DNA of 64,000 bases, taken from positions 47,108,116-47,172,115 of the forward strand of contig NC_057718.1 in assembly GCF_004010195.1 (NCBI RefSeq). Reading direction: 5' to 3'. The notes under the pieces are model-generated. The model worked only from the letters and a program-made list of their open reading frames with translations, searched no databases and was not told the origin of the DNA. A program made the position numbers and the translations under genes. Positions 1 to 10,402 of the stretch are shown in pieces (positions within the stretch are counted from its first letter, which is position 1; every line of letters begins with the position of its first letter). This DNA is from Chiloscyllium plagiosum (taxonomy: Eukaryota).

Positions 1-539
1 TTTAAGCTACAGGGAGAGGCTGAACAGGCTGGGGCTGTTTTCCCTGGAGCGTCGGAGGCTGAGGGGTGACCTTACAGAGGTTTATAAAATTATGAGGGGC
101 ATAAATAGGATAAATAGACAAAGTCTTTTCCCTGGGGTTGGGGAGTCCAGAACTAGAGGACATAGGTTTAGGTGAGAGGGGAAAGATATAAAAGAGACCT
201 AAGGGGCAACTTTTTCATGCAGATTGTGGTACTTATATGGAATGAGCTGCCAGAGGATGTGGTGGAGGCTGGTACAATTGCAACATTTAAGAGGCATTTA
301 GATGGGTATATGAATAGGAATGGTTTGGGAGGATATGGGCCGGGTGCTGGCAGGTGGGATGGTGGAGGGTGGTACAATTGCAACATTTAAGAGGCATTTA
401 GATGGGTATATGAATAGGAATGGTTTGGGAGGATATGGGCCGGGTGCTGGCAGGTGGGACTAGATTCGGTTGGGATATCTGATCGGCATGGACAGGTTGG
501 ACTGAAAGGTCTGTTTCCATGCTGTACTCTATGACTCTA
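1..539 (+). mobile_element. CR1/HER1-type LINE 3' end containing a 100 bp tandem duplication
   Basis: ORF2 C-terminus RGERYKRDLRGNFF...WNELPEDVVEAGTIATFKRHLD and tail ctgtttccatgctgta...ctatgactcta. Confidence 0.9.
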
Positions 540-1319
540 AACATGTAGCCAGAACTATATATTTTTCTAGGCCATAGTAAGGACTTACTTGTATTTCATA
601 ACCTGCTTTTGAGCTTCTTTCTCTTTGTGACTGTTTACTTTTATCCCTTATGTTTAAGGCTTGTGGGTTCCTCTTCTACTCAAAAATGCTGAACTGTTTT
701 TTTTCCTGCAAAGATTCCCCAAAAAAGCAGAGCTACTCAAAAGACTATATGATGAATATGGTTCCTCCATGGACCTAAATTCCTGAAGTAAAAGATCATA
801 GTGTTTTGCTTTCTTGCCTGTCCTCCTCTACTTAATAGGTAAAGTTTGAATAAAGAAGATCATAGCTACAAAAACTAGATACAATGTCATGTTGGGATTC
901 AAACATAGGTCCCCAGCGCATTACCTCAGGATTAACAGTCTAGTGATAACAACACTAGGCCATTATCTCCCCAGTTGGTATGTAGCTAGCCCCAAGTAGT
1001 CCTTCTATGTTGTAGCTTCACCAGGTTGAAACTTTATTTTTAGGTTTGCCTGGTATTGTTCTTGACATGTCCTCCTGCACTTTCCCTTCAAGCAGTTCTG
1101 AACCTCTGGCTTAATGGTAATCGTAGAGAAGAGGAATATACCATTAAATTACTGATTGTTTTATATGATCATTCTGTTGCTGCTGGTGGCCCACTTCACA
1201 CAGTGGTAGCACTGCATAACATGATCAAGGGCATCATTAAAGTGATGTAAAGACTTTGTCTCCACAAGGACTTTGCAGTGGTTACTTCTACCAATATTGT
1301 CATGGACAGATGCTTCTGT

Positions 1320-1519
1320 GCTGGAAATGTGTTGCTGGAAATGCGCAGCAGGTCAGACAGCATCCAGGGAACAGGAGAATCGACGTTTCGGGCATAAGCC
1401 TCTCTTATGCCCTAAACGTCGATTCTCCTTTTCCCTGGATGCTGTCTGACCTGCTGCGCTTTTCCAGCAACACATTTCCAGCTCTGATCTCCAGCATCTG
1501 CAGACCTCACTTTCTCCTC
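1320..1519. mobile_element. Palindromic PLE derivative, family A, with 14 bp TSD
   Basis: Arms ~1320-1400 and ~1405-1483 are inverted copies, followed by a 3' tail. Flanked by ACAGATGCTTCTGT at 1306-1319 and 1520-1533. Confidence 0.85.
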
Positions 1520-1966
1520 ACAGATGCTTCTGTAACAGGTTGACTGATGAGAAATTGGTGAATTAATTATTTTTCTCTTGTTGGTGCCTTATCACCTGCC
1601 ATTGATCCAGTCTAGCAGCAATGTCCTTTAGGACTCAGCCAACTCAGCCATTTTTAGCAATGGGCATTCAAACATCCCACTCAGAGTATATTCTATGCCC
1701 TTGACAACCTCATTGTTTATTCCCATTCATGTTCAACATGATCGTGTTTTGATTTATCAGCCCAGATTGCAAAGGTGATAGGTTGTAATCAGCAGGAGAT
1801 TTCATTGCCCAGATTTTATCTAATGGAATGAGAATACATTAGATCTGGAATCAATCTAGAGGTTTCCCAGAGCAACTCCCTCCTGACTATGTATCACTGT
1901 GGCACCACCTGTGCTGGGTCAGTTCTGCTGCTGGGATACGACATAGCCAGGGATGCTGAGAGTAGT

Positions 1967-2127
1967 AGGACTGCAGATGCTGGAGATCAGACTTGAAGAG
2001 TATGGTGCTGGAAAAGCACAGCCAATCAGGCAGCATCCGAGAAGCAGGAGAGTTCATGTTTCATTCCTGATGAAGAGTTTATGCTGCTTGATCAGATGTG
2101 ATTTTTCAGCAACACACTCTTCAACTC
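1967..2127. mobile_element. Decayed palindromic PLE derivative, family A-like, with 15 bp TSD
   Basis: ctgcagatgctggagatcag...cctgatgaag. Flanks GATGCTGAGAGTAGT (1952-1966) and GATGTTGAGAGTAGT (2128-2142). Confidence 0.75.
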
Positions 2128-3784
2128 GATGTTGAGAGTAGTGGCTGGACTTTGTCTATAACATACAATTTTGTGAGTATGATTGTCTCAGGCTGTTGCT
2201 GATTATATTGTGGAATTATTTTCCCAATGTTATCACAAAACACCCAACTATTAGTAAGAGTGACTTTGTAGGGTCTATAGAGTTGGGTTCACCTTTGGCG
2301 TCTCCAGGGCCTAGGTTGACGCTTGTTGATGTGCACACTTTCTTTCCTTTCTTTCAACCTTGTAGCAGTTTGTATACAACTGAGTGGCTTGCTAGGTCCT
2401 TTCAGAGGGCAGTGAAGAGGGCACCACATTGCTGTGGTCTGAAGTGACTTGTAGGTCAGACCAGATAAGGATGGCCGATTTTCTTCCTTACAGAACAATT
2501 TTGAACCAGTTGAAGTTTTTGTTCCATAGCTCTAGCCAAACAAGATTCTGTCCCTGCCCCTTTGGGACAATCTCACTCTCCAGTGCTGCAATGTCCTCCC
2601 AATCAATGCAGTTACTTCTCCCTCTTTGTTTCTTTATGTGTCTTTCTTGATCATCTTGTCTCCAGGAATATTTAATAAGTAGTGTTGCCCTTTTTTGAGA
2701 CAATGTAGCACAACATCATATCTAAATATGGCTACCTCCAGCTGAAGCACTCCCATTTTGTTTACCACACTCTGCTCATTCGCATACCTGCATTGTAACT
2801 CTAATTTACAGTTTATAGCTTGCACCCTTATTCTACACCAACCTAGTAACATATCATTTGTGACTCAAGTGCTAGCTATTTCTCCCAGTATTCTGTCCAC
2901 CTTGGTATTCCTTACTATTTCATTCCTCATTCCCTCAACATTACCAAGGATTTATTTTAAACTCTCACCAAAATCATTCGCAAATCCTCCCATAAAAAAA
3001 CTGGTCCCAGTTATCTTTAGGTACAAGTCATCTGGCCTTGTACCACGTCCACCATTGTTAATTCCAGTGCTCCAGAAATCTAGAATCCACCTACTTGAAC
3101 CATCTTTCAGCCTCACATTCACTTGCTTTTTTCCTACTTCTATACCTACATAATTGTGGAAATGGGATTACTATGGAAATTACTCTGGAAGTTCTGCTTG
3201 CTTACTTCCTCAGCAGCCTAAATTCTGACATCAGGATCACATGCTTCTTTCTACGTACCTGATATCAACATGGGCCCTAACTACTGGCTATTCACCCTCT
3301 GCCGTCATGATTCCCTGCTGCTGGCTGTTCAACCTCCTGCTCAGGAACAACTTGTCAGTCATTCAATTAAATCCTTAAACTTGACACCTGGACAGGGGGG
3401 GGGGTGGAGGGCGGGTAATATACCACTCTGGATTGACAGCTGCTGTTGCAGACTTATGTGTCTGTTTCCCTAACCATCAAATTTTCTATCCGGAGAGCCA
3501 CATGCATTCATGGGACTCCTGCACTGCCTGCCTGCTTCTTCTTGAATGCCTGGTAGTCCATTAATTTCCCTGTCCCAAAAAATCCTAAGCTGCGGATGAC
3601 CATATCTCTAAACATACCATCCACAAAGGTCTCAATCTTCTGGTTACACTGTAATGATATGAACTACAGGTGAAGTTCCAAAGCAGAGAGTTTGAGGTGC
3701 TACAGTTGATGACATTTCCTGCCCATATGGTTGGCTAGGACATGGAAAGCTGGTCCAAAGTAGTTAAGCTAATGCCAACCCAAA

Positions 3785-4070
3785 AGTAGAGGGTATAGGT
3801 TTAAGGTGAGGGAGGAAGAATTTAAAAAGGACCTGAGGGTCTTTTTCATGGAAAGGTGGAGCATGTAATGGGACCAGCTGCCAAAGGAGGTGATGAAGGC
3901 TGGTACAATTATAACATTTAAAAGGTATCTGGATGGGTACATGAATAGGAAGGGTTTAGAGGGATATGGGCCAAATGCTGGCAAATGGGACTAAGTCAGG
4001 TTGTGATGACTGGTCACCAAGGATAAGTTGGACTGAAGGGTCTGTTTCCATGCTGTAATACTCTATGACT
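3785..4070 (+). mobile_element. CR1/HER1 LINE 3' fragment
   Basis: Homologous to 150-539, with the same 3' tail. Confidence 0.85.
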
Positions 4071-5157
4071 TTGGGCAGGGATTTTACTGTAAAAGAAAAT
4101 ATGAACTTTAGGGCATCAAAACATCACAGATGGTACAGAAACCTGAATTTCTGGTTTCTAATCAAAAAATTTATTTCCCCAACCCTCCACTAGCATATAA
4201 AAACAGAGGAAGGACTTAAAAAGTATTTCATTGCTTACAAGCACTTTGGGGTAAGCAGAATACTAAATCTTGCTTCAAATAATAGTACTTTTTGAATTAA
4301 AGAAATTCAAAAATATTAAAATTATGAAAAACTTTTCCAAGACCTCTCAAAACAGTTGCAAAACTGTTCTGTCTTGATCATTTGAGGGTAAAGATTACCA
4401 GTACAAAAGTGACTAGATAGTGAGTTCAAAGTAATTACAGGAATGTCAAGGTTTCGATGACTTTGGAAACAGTTTGCACTTGCTTGCTACAACACCATCT
4501 TACAATATACATGATTTCAGCATTCTCAGAAGTGTTGGACTGCAATTGAAGATTCTTACAACAGAAGGATAAATCATGTTTGTTTAAGGAAGTCTGTTTT
4601 ATCTTTCTGCTCAGTCTGATGAACTGCGGTACAAAGATAGTTCTGAAACTGTATGGTCACTTCTTGCTGATTTCTACTAGCTTTATCTACTTTTCCTGTT
4701 TAACATTTTTTAAAACAAGCAAACTCGGGTGTGTTTTGATGTCAACAAGTATAAAGGCTGTTTGATGTCTAAAAGTTTAATTTCCTTCTCCCCTTTGACA
4801 TACATACCACTTTTACAAAAACATTTGATTAGTGAAAAGTGCTCATTTCAGATAGTTTTGTCTATTCTTCTTTATGGAAATTGCATTCAACATATGGAAA
4901 TCTAAATTGGATTTGAATAGAAATAAAAAAAGTTGGAAAATTAGATATTCTCTCAAGGTTGTAGTGTTAACACTATTTAGGCATTTGTGGGTCACAATAT
5001 TGATTCTCCTAGATATTTATGTGTTTACAAATTGTATTTTAAGACAGTATTGTAGATGTATTAATTACATGGCTATGAAACAATCTGACAATCTACAAAT
5101 TGTCAGGAAATTAACAAATGGTTTTCACAGACAACAGAAACTACATTGACCTAAGTT

Positions 5158-5297
5158 CAAAATTAAAAATCACACATCATCAGGTTATAGCAGCACTCCA
5201 AAAGCTTGTACTTTGAAGTAAACCTTTTGGACTATAACATGGTGTTGTATGATTTTTAACTTTGTCCACACCTAGTCCAACACCGGCACCTCCACAT
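5158..5297. mobile_element. Short palindromic PLE derivative, family B
   Basis: ttaaaaatcacac...gttatag and ctataac...gatttttaa inverted arms plus tail. Flanked by CCTAAGTT at 5150-5157 and 5298-5305. Confidence 0.75.
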
Positions 5298-5364
5298 CCT
5301 AAGTTAAAAATGACCATTTGTGTATGCAAGTATCAGTTGTCAAAAATGCAATAAAGGCACAGTA

Positions 5365-5545
5365 AAATGCATTTTTATAGGATATTTAACATTCTGGGAC
5401 ATCCCAAAAACTTCACCACCAATTAAATAGTTTTCTATTATAGTCACTATTGAAACATAAACAAACTTGTGACTCAATTTGTAAGTTTGAACACACCAAG
5501 ACCCCACAAGTGGCAATAAAATAAATGACTGGATAATATATTTAG
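5365..5545 (-). mobile_element. Decayed Deu-domain SINE (SacSINE1/AmnSINE1-like) 3' part; related pieces at ~6385-6460, ~6945-7110 and ~38220-38345
   Basis: Resembles the recalled DeuSINE reverse-strand consensus (tttatatagcgcctt..., gggatctttta..ccacctgaga). Confidence 0.5.
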
Positions 5546-5849
5546 TAGGCCTGGCTAAACTCCAGCTGTTTGCTTGTATCCTACAGCATTGAGAAGGCAA
5601 ATAGAATTTCATTGTGGAGAAATGCATATTTTAACGGAAAGTAAAAGAAAGATAAAAAAGCAGGCAAGAAATTCAGTAAGCTGTGCAGCCTTAATTGCTT
5701 CAGTCACGACCCAGAAGACGAGTAGCTTAAAGCAGCAGAGACAGCTGAATTGATTTACTGGGTCAATAGGAAGGGCAGCACATGATAGAAGCAGCTATTT
5801 AATCTATTACAGTACTATGAACATGATATTTTTTTTAAAAAAACACGGA

Positions 5850-6080
5850 TGGTCGTCGGTACCGTGACAGCTTCTTTTATTCTTGGTCCTAAGTAAAGCA
5901 GATGGAAAGTTTACAGACTGACTCATGGGGCTGTAAATATTGACGTGAGCTGTGCTGGAAAGGTGCCTCACCCTACTCCGGAACGACCAAACAGACCGCT
6001 CCCCATATCACCAAGGTTTATTTACAATATCACCATAACTAACAGCCCGCAGCTGGGCTGCAGGAAATCCATTATTGGTC
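5850..6080. promoter_or_regulatory. Candidate promoter/enhancer: clustered AP-1, CRE-like, FOX and CCAAT motifs in locally CpG-richer non-repeat DNA
   Basis: TGACTCA 5919-5925; TGACGT 5941-5946; GTTTACA 5909-5915; TGTAAATA 5932-5939; TATTTACA 6019-6026; ATTGG 6074-6078; minus-strand AATAAAA near 5875-5881. Confidence 0.4.
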
Positions 6081-8719
6081 ATTGAATTGTTCTCATCTTC
6101 AAAGAGACAGTTCCTCCCCTTTCTCTCCAACGTCTCCAAAAACAAAGGAAATGACTAATATACTGCAGCAAGATCACTTCCTGGGAGCCATTTGAAGCAG
6201 TAACAAATATCCACTCTATGCTTTGTTTCTGAATTGTTATTGTTTTTAGGGAGGGATATTTCAGAGGATGACTCTCCCTTTTAAACTGTTATGACAATTT
6301 TTAGTGGGGAGTGGCCGCTATTGACGACAATCCATGGTCACCCCAGAACTGCACTTCCAATTTAAAGCACTAGAAAGAGCTACGTTTATATAGCGCCTTT
6401 CGTGTCCTCGAGCGCCCCAAGAACCTTACAGTCAAATAAGTACGTTTAAAATACAGTCACGCAACTAGCTCACAATGCTGTTTGGGAGATGAATACTGGG
6501 GGTATCAAAGCGTGATAATGGATACATGGACGGCGGGAGGGGGTAGAAGTACTGGAAGACTGAACATTTGAGGGGGTCAGTGGAGTTGGGGTGGTGGCTA
6601 GTATAAGACCTCTGTCCGTACCTCCAAGCGGACACCCCTACGCGAGCTTCTTTACGGAGGCTCATGCTGTGCTTTCCCTTCGGCTCTGAAACCCCCTCCC
6701 CCTTCCTCATTCAGACAAACCGGAGACACCTTCATGAGGTAGAACCTAAGTGGTTTGATGTTACAGTAGAACTTGTGCAGTAGCAGCTACAGGGATACAA
6801 TAAATGCCAGGATACCAAAAATTTGGAGCAAATGGTATGAGGCAGGAAGCAATGAACGAAATAACGGAGTGATCTTGTAAAATACAGGATGGCTGATCAC
6901 CCTTGACCAGGCCCCTGGAGACATCTCCTTTAGACTGCTTCAAAGCACTACCGTGGGATCTTTAATACCCACCTGAGATGTCAGACATCTTCAGTTTAAC
7001 CTGCTATTCAAAACATAGCCCTTCCAATATAGTGTAACGCTGTCTCAGCACTGCTCTCAAATTCCATCTACCCTTTTGTACTCGAGTCTCTGAAGTGAAA
7101 CCGCTTTACAAGGAAGGAAATTCTACAACTGTAGCAGTTTCCTGTGTTGACCAGCTCTTAAAAAGGAAACGAGAAATGTTCGAAGTTACTCTCCTTGTGC
7201 TGAATTGTCCTGGAAATGACATCACTGGAGAGGCCTAACAAAGTAAGAATGGTCCTGTGATAGTGATCCCTATGATGGCAATAACATAATTTTAAAAATG
7301 TTTTTAAAAATTCTATGATGAAGAAAAGTTTTGAAAATAGAGTACTCATTTTGTGGGCCAAAGTTTCACCAAAGCAAATTTTCAGCAAAGCAAACCTCAT
7401 AAGTCATAATTTTGATCACATTCTCAACTTTTAGATTTGATTTGAGCTAACCACTATGAATAGTTTGTGTTGCTAATTTGTGGTGATAACCTTAAAGCAA
7501 ATGGATGGTACAATGACAAATTAAATTTAACACAGGCAAGTTAAAATAAAAAATATCACACAAAGGAAGAAAAATTGGATATCTATACCTCATTTGGAGA
7601 AAATCATGTCTTGGACATGTTTTGTAAAATATTTAAATGAAATACCAAATTCTGTGGCTTTAACATGTCTATATAAGTTTAAACACTACACATAGAATTT
7701 AAATATGCCATTGTAACCCTGATTTGCTTATTTGCCTTTAACGGCATGAAGCAGAAGCCAAACTGACATAATCTGGCATCAATTGATAAGGGCCTTGGTT
7801 TTTGCCTCAACCTGGATGTATAGATTTGGGGGCACCTACCTTCATGTACCCTTGTGTCAACCACCCACCACACTTTGCCATTATGCCCTCCATGTCAACT
7901 CACCAAGTTTCCACCAGTGGCAGACCTTAGGAACCACACTAATATGTAATTCTAAATCTCAATTACAATTTTCACTATAAAAATGCATCTCATTGATAAA
8001 AGTTCATTTAATACCTATAAATCACTTAAAGTACTTAATCCCATATCAAAACAAACATGTGCATTTAGAACTCAACATTAAACATTGCTAATTCTTTAAT
8101 AATCTCTTTGAGATATCAATCAAACTATGAATTTGCAGCCTCTCATGATTATAACAGGTTGTGGAAAGCAATCATTCAGTGATGATGCAATAATTATAGT
8201 ACTTGAGATAATGCCAACAAACAATTTTTAAGTTATTCACAATTTTTAAGTTTTTTTCAACTCAAGACACAGGCAGGTTTAAAGGTCAGTATATTCCAAT
8301 AGCTTGAAAATTCTATAGACGTGTCTGCCCTTCATGAGCTTTTCCTTCTGTTCTAAAATTTGTAAGGCCTTTGCTCGAGCAAAAAAAAGATCTGTTTGAA
8401 CTCGGCATTGTGTTCAAGTAGTTCTGCTGAGTTCAGGATTCCACCATGTATGAGACACAGTCCTTTGCCCCAGCAGCAAACATAGGAACTGTTGGAAATG
8501 GAGGCAAGACCCCTAAAGCCATTTTTAATATCCCCAGAGTTTCCATATGCTGCTAGGCCAAGTTGTCTGGATGTGAGAATTATTCAACTTAGGAAGTTAA
8601 TGGAATAGGAGCTATCATCAGATACTCATGGCCAATCAACTATCATCTATGTACCCTAGTAACTGGTCAACAGTCTCAAAATGTTTTTGAGAAGGTTTGC
8701 GAGATAACTAACAAAGAGA

Positions 8720-9400
8720 TCCAGGGGTACAAATGCAAAGTTCCTTGAGAGTTGCAGATAGACAAGGTCACGGAGAAGGCTTTTGGCACGCTTGCCATCA
8801 TTGATCATAACGTTGAGTATAGGAGTAGGGACATCATGTTGTGGCTGTACAGGACATTGGTGAGATCAGTTTGGAATACTGCATATAATTCTGATCACCC
8901 TTCTATCACAGAAAGATGTTGTTAAGCTTGAAAGGGCGCAGAAAAGATTTACAGGGATGTTGCTGGGTCTGGAGAGTTTCAGCCAAAGGGAGACATTAAA
9001 TAGGCTGGGGCTTTTTTCCCTGCAGTTTCAAAGGCCGAGGGATGACCTGATAGAAGATTATAAAATCATGAGGGGCAAGGATAGGGTGAATAGCCAAGGT
9101 CTTTTTCCTTTGGTGGGGCATTCCAGAACAAGAGGACATAGGTTTAAGGTGAGAGGGGAAAGATTTAAAAAGGATCTGAGGGGGTAACATTTTCACACAG
9201 AGGGTGGAACAAGCTGCCAGAGGAAGCGATGGTGGAGGGTACAGTTACAACATTTAAAAGGCATCTGGATGGATAAATGAATAGGAAGGGTTTAGAGGGA
9301 TATGGGCCACATGCTGGCAAATGGGACTAGGTCAGATTGGGATGTCTGGTCAGCACGGATGACCAGAAGGGTCTGTTTCCATGCTGTATTACTTTATAAC
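8720..9400 (+). mobile_element. CR1/HER1 LINE 3' fragment
   Basis: ORF 8957-9187 (LNRLGLFSL...RTRGHRFKVRGERFKKDLRG) is the CR1 ORF2 C-terminus, followed by the typical tail. Confidence 0.9.
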
Positions 9401-10273
9401 TGTTTAGTGTGTAATAAAGGAAGTTGAAACCATCTTTTTAGTAGTGGAGCTAAAGCTGGTCTAAAGACAGGGACAATTACTACCTCAGATCTGAGAAGCA
9501 TAAGAAACCCAAACAGGCTACAGAAATCTCAAAAGACTACAAGAGTTTAAAAAGAAAGTAGTGTTTGAGAAGTCTGCAAAGCAAATCGAGATTGGGTTTT
9601 GCACACTCCATTGGTCATTGCTGGAACGGAAAGTATAACCTGAAAATAGTGCTAATTACTGCCTCACTTACTATTTTATGTTTAATAAATCTTTTCACTT
9701 TGCTGCAATTTGATGGTCTCTGTTGACTTATTAATCATGCTCAAATTCCTTACATCAAGAATACTGTTGAAATAGTAAAGGATAAAACTTACAAGTATCA
9801 ATACAGTCAAATATTTGGTATACCCAGTCGATGTGGAGCAACAATCAACAAAACAATTACACTGCTGAACTTTGAGCAAGAATAAGTCAAATACAACTGT
9901 GACTGTGCTTTATTTATGCTGGTTAAACCATACCTTGTGTACTGTTTCCAGTTTTGCTTACTGAGAAACAAGGGAGGTATTCAAAAGCTAGAAAAAATGT
10001 AGAGAAGAGACAAAATCCTAATGCCTGGGATAGATTTTCAGTATGCTACACGGGCCTAAATGTGACATTGTGGATGGTCACCTGATTTTCAATAGCCAAG
10101 GGCAAGAGATGCAACATTGGGAAAGGGTGTGGCATAGGAAACAAGAAGATATAGAATGGGAGTGACAGTGAAGAGTATGTTAGGAGATAAAATGGAGGTT
10201 AGAAGATGGGGGAGAGAAAGAGTAAATGTGATGATCACAAGGCAGTTTTAACAAGTGTGTAATAAAGAAGGTT

Positions 10274-10402
10274 TCCTGAAGAAGGGCTTATGCCCGAAAC
10301 GTCGATTCTCCTGTTCCCTGGATGCTGCCTGACCTGCTGCGCTTTTCCAGCAACACATTTCCAGCTCTGATCTCCAGCATCTGCAGACCTCACTTTATCC
10401 TC
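10274..10402 (+). mobile_element. Single-arm PLE 3' end, family A, with minimal hammerhead core
   Basis: CTGAAGA (10276-10282), A, GGGC-TTAT-GCCC, GAAA (10296-10299), C-GTC, followed by the same tail as 1415-1519. Confidence 0.8.

Larger units (their letters stand above)
980..2520 (-). mobile_element. Old, highly decayed LINE-like repeat (CR1/L2 type) interrupted by two palindromic PLE derivatives
   Basis: Shares sequence with 31030-31450 (gcttcaccaggttga...ctgctgttgatggccca). Family assignment is from recall and tentative. Confidence 0.45.

Noticed and set aside
9713..9886. 57-codon plus-strand ORF MVSVDFINHAQ...EQE in unique DNA
   Set aside because: No recognisable homology or convincing splice context; this length is expected by chance.
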